Source: the human T2T-CHM13v2.0 reference genome, Homo sapiens. Taken from it: 64,000 bases of DNA. This document shows, one piece after another, positions 48,770 through 64,000 of the stretch. How positions within the stretch are numbered: the first letter of the stretch is position 1; each line of letters starts with the position of its first letter. A program made the position numbers and the translations under genes. A model generated the notes under the pieces. The model searched no databases, was not told where the DNA came from, and saw only the letters and a list, made by a program, of their open reading frames with translations. The DNA lies in NCBI RefSeq assembly GCF_009914755.1, contig NC_060935.1; one strand, given 5' to 3'.

Positions 48770-49210
48770 CACCCCCTCCCTGCCGCCCCGGGGCTGCGGG
48801 GCGGGGCTGCGCCACCGGATCCGGGCTCCGCGGTTATCCCAGATCCCACCCACCTTTCCCTGGCTCCACTTGTCCCCAGGTCAGAAATCGTCCTCCCCCA
48901 GGCCTGGGGCACAGAGGTGCCACGTGGCCAGGAACATGGGGGTGTGGGAGGGGAGGGAAGGAGAGGCAGCCCGGGGACCAGCCCCTCCTCTCCTGCAGCC
49001 TGAGGCAGCGGAAGGGGCCAAGGAAGCTGGGCAGCGCGGCCGAGAACCCGGGGCCCTCACCTACCCGAGCTACCTCCGAGCTTGGCGCGAGCCGGAGGGC
49101 TCCCGGGAATGCCCTCCCCGCCATTTTCGCCGATGAGCTCGGGCTCACCCTTCCACTGGAAGCGACAGCGCCTTCTTTTCGAGGGCTGCAGGCCAGGACG
49201 CAGGCCGCCT
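48770..49210. promoter_or_regulatory. Second CpG-rich element with YY1 motif (CCGCCATTTT 49118-49127)
   Basis: CpG-dense, GC box, canonical YY1 core. Confidence 0.55.
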
Positions 49211-50632
49211 GGAAGCAAGTGTGATCAGGGCACATTTATTTCCTACGGTGTGCCAGATGAGGAAACTGAGGTCTTGCACAGCCCCTACACAGGCCTCCGC
49301 CAGAAGCTGCATCCCTTGCCTGGGCCAGAAAAGGCTCCTCACCCCTCCAGTCCCCAGGGAAGCCGGCCCTAGCCAGGCCGAGTCCCACTCAGCGCCCTTG
49401 CCACACACACAGCTCAGAGACACAAGTCTATATGATGCCTGTGGTGGTTTCCTTGCCTGTCTCTGGCTGGGCTGTGTCCCCATGAGGGCAGGGGCTCTGT
49501 TTGCTGCTGTGCTTTCGGGGCCTGGCATACAGTAGGCACTCAGTGTTTGCTGAATGAATAAGTGTCGGAAGCCCTTTGCCTTCACCGGGCTTCTCTGCGC
49601 TCTGCCTGCTGGGTTTCTTGCTTCCTCCTTCCTCAAGGTGAGGCCGAGGGGACAAAGGTTGAACAGGGATGCTGGGAGGGAAAAGGAGGGTGACCTTGGG
49701 CAAGCCATCCGGCCTCCCCTTGCCGCTCCCTCCTCCCGCAGGCGGGGGCAGCTCCAGCCAATCCCAAGCCCGCCAGCCCTGCCAGACAGACTGGGACTGT
49801 CCCGAGCTCCGGCCCAGCGAGCCTGGCCGCTGTGGTGTGTTGCCTGGGACCCTGGCCAGGCCATCAGTGGCCACAGCCAAGGGGCTAAACTTGGGGAGGG
49901 AGAGAGGCAGCGGGAGGGCCCCGGGGTTGGGGAGGGAGTGTGGTGGGATCCGAGCCAAAACCTGGCTGAGCAATTAGGGGGCTGGGGGGAGGTGCTTCCA
50001 TCGACTGGGGGCCTGGCGGGAGGTGACCCTGGGGAAATGGAGGAGGTGGGCTAGAGTGGAAGGACCATGGCAGCTCCCTCTGGGGCCCCCACCCTCTCAG
50101 TCCTGCCCAGACAGGAATTCGGTTCCTCCCTCCCCTGCCGCCCACTGGGGCCCTGGGCAGGCTGTGTGGCCCAGGGTGCTGCCCTCCCCTTTTCTGGGCC
50201 CTGTCAGTGAACCCCCTGGCCTAGCCGGCACTCCTTCCCCCACCCCACCTCACCCCCCACCCAGGGTTGTGAAGAAGCTGAAAGAGGTGACAGAGGTGGC
50301 AATCTGGCGCTTGGCACCACCCCGGCACGGTGGCCGTGCAAGGAGGCGGCAGAGGGAGGCAAGACAGGCACATCTGGGAGTGGCCCTTGGGGGAGGATGC
50401 AGCAGACCAGGCGCGGGGTCAGCAAGGAGACTCCAGGCTTCAGACACCCACGTGGAGGAAATCTGATTCCCTGAGCAAATCTGACATCCCTGGGGAAGGG
50501 TCAGCAAGACCTCGGGTTGAGATGAGAGGTGACAGGAGCTCCCAGACTCCATGAGGGGGAGCCTGCTTGGTTTCTCCGGAAACTGGGATTGGGGGTGGGG
50601 GGCCTCCCCTTGCCCTCACCTGGACAACAGCT

Positions 50633-50646
50633 GCGCCCTCTGGCGG
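50633..50646 (-). promoter_or_regulatory. Probable CTCF site
   Basis: - strand CCGCCAGAGGGCGC matches the CTCF core consensus. Confidence 0.6.
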
Positions 50647-51237
50647 TGACCGCATGGACCAAGGGGGTCCCACCTCAGTCTGGGAACAAATGTCCTCCCA
50701 GAGAGGCTGAGCCTGGCGCCATGTTCCTGGGGAAGTGCCTGGATCATGGTCCCCCTGGGCCATTGGAGTCATTGAGCCTTAAATCCACCCCCAGCAAGGC
50801 CTGCCCCAGAACCACCCATCACCCTCCAGTGCAGTCAGGTGGACCAGAGGTCCCTAGAGAAGTGGCAGGAGCTCAGACTTAGGTTGAGTCCTGGCTCCGC
50901 TTCTTGCTAGCTACGTGGCCTTAGGTGAATTACTTGGCTTCTCTGAGCCTCAGTCCTTCATCTCTAAAAGGGCAAGATGATCCTGACCTCATTGACTGTT
51001 AGGAGGATCCAAGGACATCTCACATGGAATGGAGTAACAACATCAATGCTGGCTTTCATCTGAAGCCGTGCTCCCCTCTTGAGCACCCCCAGCAGGGCCC
51101 CCTCTGCCCATGGCTCACTGCTCCATGAGGCAGCCCATGCCCAGTGGACCAGTTCGGGCCAGCCCCACCTTGAGCTCCTGGGTCTGACCTCTGGAGCAAG
51201 AAGCTGCTCCATGACATTGGACACTTCACATCTTCTC

Positions 51238-51607
51238 AACTATGGGTTGAACATTTCCCACAAAGTCCATGTGTTGGAAACTTAATCCCTACTACAACAG
51301 TGTTGAGAGGTGGGACCTTTGGGCATGAGGCAGTGCCCTCAGGAATGGATTAATGCCATTATCTCAAGAGTGGGTTAGTTATTGAGGGAGTGGGTTCTAG
51401 ATAAAAGATGAGTTTGGCCCCCTAATCCCACCCTGCATGTGAGTTCCTGCTGCCATGTGAGGATGCAGCAAGAAGGTCCTCACCAGATTCCAGCACCATG
51501 CTCTTGGACTTCCCAGCCTCCCAAACTGTGAGCCAAATAAACTTTTTTGTTTGTAAACTACCCAGTCTCAGGTATTCTGTTACAGCAACACAAAATGGAC
51601 TAAGATA
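51238..51607 (+). mobile_element. MaLR solo LTR (MST/MLT1A-type)
   Basis: tatgggttgaa...catgtgttggaaacttaatccc ... aataaac ... cagcaacacaaaatggactaagata. Confidence 0.8.
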
Positions 51608-51706
51608 CTCCCTTTAGACATGTCAGCAGTTCCAGATAGGTATCTGGAACTTCAGCCTTCAGTCTGACCTCTCTAATCACTCTAATTATACACTATACAC
51701 ACATAA

Positions 51707-52004
<298 letters not shown>

Positions 52005-53201
52005 ACTGAATACAAATTTTTAAATATAGCTTCGATTATATCCCATTCCTTCTCAGCCTTCCACGGTTCCCTATTGCCTTCCAGGAAAAGGTCTCACAGC
52101 CCAGTACTCAAGGGGTTTCTAGCCCATGTATGATCCAGCCAAACAGGTGGCTCACCATTCTCTGAGCCTCACCTGGTGGCCCAGGATGCTCCACCCACCC
52201 TGCAAACCCTGGCCTGGCTCACCCATCTGCATGCCCCATGCCCAGCCCTTCCCTCAGGGCTGCTGGGTGCTCTGCTCTGCCAGGGCACATCCAGGACTTC
52301 TGGCTGAGCAGTGAGTACCCTTCCTGCTCTCCCCACAGTCCCCCTCCACCACTCCAGCCACCATATGGCTCTTAGCATAGGACCTTGCCTCCCACTTCCA
52401 GAGGGAAGTGAGGCCATCTGGGAGGAACCCCTTCATGGCCTTTGTCTGCTCCTTCCCCTCCCTGTAGCATAGATGGACCTTCCCCCTTCAAGGCCAACCT
52501 CACTCCCAGGCTTTGCATCACCCTCAGTGCCAGCCCCACCACACACACACACCCCAATCCTGAGCACCTTGATTTTCATTTTCCTCTCCTTACTCATGTT
52601 TGTCTTCCCCCCTCATCACATGAACCTGCTTAAGTCCATTCATCCTAAACACACACACACCCCTGCACCTCCCGTACCCCACTCCCAACCCTCCCTTCAT
52701 CCCATGTTCACCTTAGTTGCCCCTTTCAGCTAGCAGTATTGCTGCCTTAAAAAAAAAAAGTGCTTCTTAAAGAGATGTTCACACCCCTCCATCCCTGTCC
52801 TCACCTCCCACTCACTCCCCAACTCCACTACTCCACAGAAACCGTTCCTCCAAGGTCACCAGTGACTTTGTTATCTCTAAACCCAAAGGACATTTAGCGG
52901 GTATGTTCTCACTTCATCTCTGGGCAGGACTGGACAGACAGGGCCACCTCTAGCTCCAGGATGTGAGCTCCTCCCTGGCTCCCTTCCTGGCTGGACTTCA
53001 AACCCTTTATGTGGGTCCTTTGGGCTCCATCCACTCCCTCAATTCCCCTGGCTGAGATATATCAAACCGTGGGCTGTGGATAGCCCCCTCCTTCCCCAGC
53101 CCAGACCCCTGACCCCAGGCTGTGAACCCTATATCCTACCAATTGCCTTCTGGACTCAGCATCACTTGCTGTCCCCCAGGCCTGTCCAAAACCATCTCTG
53201 A

Positions 53202-56927
<3,726 letters not shown>

Positions 56928-57100
56928 CCCACATACCTTTTTATCACCTACTGGAGGCTGTGAGCCCAGAGGGTGGGGCACCTGTCTTACCCCAGCAACT
57001 TACACAGTTTCACAGTGGCTGATACACAGTGGGTGCTTAACTAATGGTTGCTGGGAGAATCAGCCTCAGGTGTCCCAAGCACCACTTCCCCAGGAAAGCC

Positions 57101-57240
57101 CTTCCTAACTGCTCCCAGCTCCCTAACAGCCCCCAGCTCCCTAACTGCCCCCAGCCCCCTTCCTAACTGCTCCTCCCCTCCCTAACTGCCCCCAGCCCCC
57201 TTCCTAACTGCTCCTCCCCTCCCTAACTGCCCCCAGCCCC
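57101..57240. repeat. C-rich minisatellite with CCTAAC core
   Basis: 7 copies of CCTAAC(T/A)GC... units with a ~41-bp higher-order period. Confidence 0.85.
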
Positions 57241-58180
57241 TCTCACTACAGATACCCACACTGGTAGGTCCAAGAAGATCACTTCTGCCAAACCTATCTT
57301 GATTTTACCAACATATCAGGACCTGCTCCTTGAAGGCAAAGTCTTGTAATAATAGTAGAAGTAAGAGCCAATTTCAAGTGCTTATTAGTTAGTTTTTCAC
57401 AACTACATTCCCAAACCCTATTAGTGCAAGTATATAGTAGGTGTTTAAATACCATTGTTAAATAAATTAGTGGAGGAATAAACAAATGAAATGAATGCAT
57501 ATATATACCAACCACCATGTGCAAAATGCCTTACCTGGGTTATCCCATTTTTCCCCCATAGCAGCCCTATTTTCCAGACGAAAGGCTGAGGCTTCAGGTC
57601 ACCTGCCTAAGATCACACAGCTTGATGGTGGCAGAGCTGAGAGCCAGTCCCAAGCTGGGTGATACCAGAGACATATTTTCAAAATCTTGTGTCCCCTCCC
57701 TTTCAGTTAAGATGCATGTGGCTGCAAGTAGAGGAACAGCCACTCAGTGATGACTTGGGCAAAGCAGGCATTTTACCTTTCCTAAGGAGTCAGGAGGTCA
57801 GTGTCACCACTGACAGAGGCTCAGTGGTCATCGAGGTCTCAGGTGCTTCTCCTTTCTCAGCATTGTCCCTTCCACGTATCAGATTTCTCCTCATGATCAC
57901 TAGATGGCTGCAGCTGCTCCAAGCATCCCATCCTCTGAGGACAATTTCCAGAGTGGGAGAGGAGGGGCAGGGAGCAGGGACTTTCTCCTTGGCATTTGTC
58001 TTGTTATCTATCAGGAAGAACAACCCTTCCCAGGAATCCCAGAACAGCCCCAAGTCCCTTAAACCAATCCCTCAAAGGAGAACAGGATTCCTAGGCTTGG
58101 ATTAGACCCATGGTGCTTGTACTCCAGCACACCTGCCATGACCCCTACCCATCACCCGAGCAAAGGCGGGGTTCTGCCGT

Positions 58181-58862
<682 letters not shown>

Positions 58863-58987
58863 TTACTGGGGCCATGTTGGTGGCTGGCTACACAGGCCGG
58901 ATAAGAGGTCTGGTACTAGAGAGGGTTCTGGGGGTGGAGGTCCTGAAAGAAGAAACAGAGATTTTGGGAAACATGGAGCCTTGGGAG

Positions 58988-59436
58988 TGTGTTAGTTTTC
59001 CCGGGCTGCCCTAATGAAGTATCACAAACCAGATGGCTTAAAACAACAGCAATTCGTTTTGTCCCAGTTCTCCCAGAAGCTCAAAATCAAGGTGTTGGCA
59101 GAGCTGGTTCCTTTTCTAGGCTCTGAGGGAAAACCCACTGCGTGCCTCTCTCCTTGGCAGTCCTTGACTCCTAGTTGCCTCGTTCCAGTCTCCGGCTCCG
59201 GCTTCACATGGCTGTCTTCCTGCTGTATCTCAAATCTCCCTCTGCTTTCTCTTCTAAGGACACCAGTCATTGGATTTAGGGCCCACCCTAAATCCAGGAT
59301 GATCTCATCCCAAGAGCTTTAACTTAATTACATCTGCAAGACTCTATTTCCAATTAAGGTCACATTCACAGATACAGGGTAGGGGGATGGTTAGGACTTG
59401 AACATATAATCTGGGGGGATTCTATTCAACCCACTG
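58988..59436 (-). mobile_element. MLT1 (MLT1C/D-like) MaLR LTR
   Basis: tgtgttagttttcc..ggctgcc..cacaaac..atggcttaaaacaacag ... tattcaacccact. Confidence 0.75.
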
Positions 59437-59619
59437 TGGGAGATATCTCCATGGAGGGGCTGTTGGTGTATGACCTAATAGTTCCATCTGCAGGGCTCAG
59501 GTGTTACCTCCTCTAGGGACCTTGCTTCTTTTGTGCCCTACAGCACCTGTGCCTGCCGCCATCACTGCCCATATTCCTTCAGCTAACATTTACTGAGTGT
59601 GTGCTTTACACCAGGCACC

Positions 59620-60450
<831 letters not shown>

Positions 60451-60839
60451 CAGCAGAAAGGCACAGTCCCCCACTGCAGGGAGCACAGGATGCCACATGG
60501 AGCAGCGGCCCTGGCCAAGCGGGCAGGGGTGGAACAACCATACAGAGTTTAGAGCCGCAGAAGGCCTTTAACTGACCAACCAGATGTGGGTTTTAGAAAA
60601 ACAGGGGCGTGTGGTGTCACAGGAGCCAAGGGAAGAACAGTGTTTCAAGGAAGAGGGAGGGAATAACAGAGCTACATGTTGCAGGAAGGGCCGGAAAGAT
60701 GAGGCTGAGACAGGGAAGCACAGTTGGAGTTAGCAAAACTGCTGGAGGCACCAGGAGGGAGGCGTAGGTTGCAGGGGACAGCAGCCAAGCTGCAGGGGTT
60801 GAGGAGTGAGAGGAATGAGAAGCTAAGGAAGGAGACACA

Positions 60840-61478
60840 GATATTGCACCACTGCACTCCAGCCTGGGCATCAGAGCGAGACTCCGTCTCAAAAAAGACA
60901 AGACAAGAAAAGAAATTTCTAGGCCGGGCGTGGTGGCTCATGCCTGTAATCCCAGCACTTTGGGAGGCTGAGGCGGGTGGATCACGAGATCAGGAGTTCA
61001 ATACCAGCCTGGCCAAGATGGTGAAACCCTGTCTCTACTAAAAATACAAAAACATTAGCCAGGCATGGTGGCGGGTGCCTGTAATCCCAGCTACTGGGAA
61101 GGCTGAGGCAGAGAATTGCTTGAACCCAGGTCAGGGTACAAAAGGTCAGGGTAGGCTGTTGCCTCTACAAGCTTTTTGTGTGTGTGTGTGTGTTTGTTTG
61201 TTGTTGTTGTTTTTGTCACCCAGGCTGCAGTGCAGTGGCGAGATCTCGGCTCACTGCAACCTCCGCCTCCTGGGTTCAAGTGATTCTCCTGCCTCAGCCT
61301 CCTGAGTAGCTGGGATTACAAGTGTGCGTCACCACTCCTGGCTAATTTTTTTTGTATTTTTGGTAGAGGTGGGGTTTTGCCGTGTTGGCCAGGTGGTCTC
61401 AAACTCCTGACCTCAAGTGATCACCTGCCTCAGCCTCCTAAAGTGCTGGGATTATAGGCGTGAGCCACCACCCCCGGC
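60840..61478. mobile_element. Partial-Alu/linker/Alu segment (+ 60840-61130) and - Alu (61173-61478) within an L2-like remnant
   Basis: See finding on the templated insertion; second Alu has TSD cctc.acaagctttt and a (TG)n tail. Confidence 0.8.
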
Positions 61479-62150
61479 CTCCACAAGCTTTTGAGTAGGG
61501 AAGAGAGGCCCCCTAGGGCGGGCAGGAGCCAGGAAGGAGCACAAGCGAAGGAGGCCTGGGGAAAGAGGTTCACAGCCGGGAGGGACCCTGAGGGGCCTTA
61601 GCGTTTGACACTCTAGGTGGACCTGGCCTTGGGTGGCAGGAGGAGAAGTGTAAATTCAGATTCTTCTGGGGAAGTCCGGGGACTCTCAGCTGCCCACTCA
61701 TCACACAGTGCGATGACTGCCCTCCCCAAACGTGCTCTCCTTCTCTGGCAGGAGCTGTCTCCCAAGCTGTTCCTCCGCACAGAAGGCAAAGCGGAGCACA
61801 TGGCGGCCCCCGTGCCTTGGCTGAATGAAGGAGTGAATGAATACTTGGGAGCGGCTGCGGGCCATAGAGGGAGAAGAGGGCAAAGCCTGGAGATTGGGAG
61901 TGGCTGTGTCTGAGGCATAGGGAGGAAGAGGCAGCGGAGGAGGGAGGAGCCAGGGAGTCCAGGGGCCTCGGAGAGATGAGGGAGACAGAGTCCCTTGCCA
62001 GAGAGGTCGGAGCCGAGTGTGGAGAAGGGGTGCTTCAGCCCCCTGCGTGGGGGTTGGAGAGAAGGGTAAATGAGGCAGCGTAGAAAGCCTGGTCAATGTG
62101 GGTGCGGCGGGAGGGATGCGATGCCAGGGAGGGGAGAAGGGGACACATAC

Positions 62151-62941
<791 letters not shown>

Positions 62942-63665
62942 ACTTTGATATACTTTTGTATGGGTGTATGGGGTTCCATTCCTGCCCCAGGCCTTGCCAT
63001 CCATCCCATCTTATTTAATTCTCACAACCACCCCTAGAAGAAGATTTTACTGAAGATGAAGATGATTGCTACTGGTGGTCTCACTTTACAAATAAGGAAA
63101 CTGAGTCTCAGAGATAGTAGGCAGCTTGCCTAAAGTCACAAGGCCAACAAGTAGCAGAAAGGAGATTTAAACACAGGTTGGTCCAACTCCAGAGCAGGCT
63201 CTGTCCACCACCCCACAAGAACAAGGAAGCCCTGAGCAGGAGAGATGGCCCATAATCAGGGCAGGCCTCAGACAGAAGGATGCTGCCTTGGGGCAGAAAT
63301 AGGGCACTGGGCCTTTTCGGGCCTCTTGGGTGGCCTGGATGATGTCACCTCCCCCAAGGACTACTGGGCTCACCTCCCAGGCCTTGCCTGGTTTCCAGCA
63401 AATTCCAGCAGGCTGGGGGAGCAGGGAGCAAACCCAAGAGTGGGGCATGGCAGAAGGGACAGGGCACAGGGGATGGTGGTGGCAGTCATCTGTGCACTGA
63501 AACAGCTGACCATGAAGTTCCCTGTAGGTAAGGAGACCAGAAAAACCAAAACACAGTGGGGACTGTGCCGAGGTGGGGGTGGAGTCTCATCCCTCACCTT
63601 ATCCACTCCCTCACACCGCCCTGGCTCTGCAAATCCTTTTCTGTCAGTTGAAATTTCCTTGCCTA

Positions 63666-64000
63666 GGCTGGGTGCGGTGGCTCACGCCTGTAATCCCAAC
63701 ACTTTGGGAGGCTGTGGTGGGCGGATCATGAGGTCAGGAGTTCGAGACCAGCCTGACCAATATGGTGAAACCCTGTCTCTACTAAAGATACAAAAATTAG
63801 CCAGACACAGTGGCACATGCCTATAGTCCCAGCTACTCAGGAGGCTGAGGCAGGATAATCACTGAACCCGGGAGGGGAGGTTGCAGTGAGCCGATATTGC
63901 ACCACTGCACTCCAGCCTGGGCATCAGAGCGAGACTCCGTCTCAAAAAAGACAAGACAAGAAAAGAAATTTCTAGGCCGGGCGTGGTGGCTCATGCCTGT
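63666..64000 (+). mobile_element. Alu (63666-63950) and start of the next Alu (63975-)
   Basis: Alu consensus. Confidence 0.88.

Overview
Human (primate) genomic DNA, recognisable from its protein sequences as the MARK2-RCOR2 locus (chr11q13.1 from prior knowledge). Bases 1-24504 are the distal part of the long, Alu-rich MARK2 intron 1. That stretch holds a 30-bp VNTR, a U6 pseudogene, a tRNA-Gly-derived element and a probable alternative non-coding first exon (~17860-18309). MARK2 coding exons 2-19 run on the + strand from 24505 to the stop at 38590 (2313 nt, 770 codons plus stop: kinase, UBA, spacer, KA1), with the 3' UTR ending near AATAAA 40350. RCOR2 (CoREST2) is complete on the - strand: 12 coding exons, 45809->41219, 1572 nt = 523 aa, polyA signal at 40590-40595, tail-to-tail with MARK2. 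A CpG-island promoter follows (~45.6-47.9 kb), then a second CpG cluster (~48.8-49.2 kb) and a repeat-dense intergenic region. Most ORF-track entries are Alu, VNTR or GC-rich artefacts. No prokaryotic or CRISPR-type system is present. Best leads: (1) a stop-free 780-nt in-frame upstream extension of MARK2 exon 18 starting at a strong, correctly phased acceptor; (2) a candidate in-frame alternative first coding exon of RCOR2 at a YY1/Kozak ATG; (3) inverted Alus bracketing MARK2 exons 2-3, whose circle would be a stop-less ORF; (4) a splice-created uORF in the alternative MARK2 leader; (5) an anticodon-switched pre-tRNA-like retrocopy; (6) a young templated insertion copied from 3 kb away. All are sequence-based inferences that need checking.
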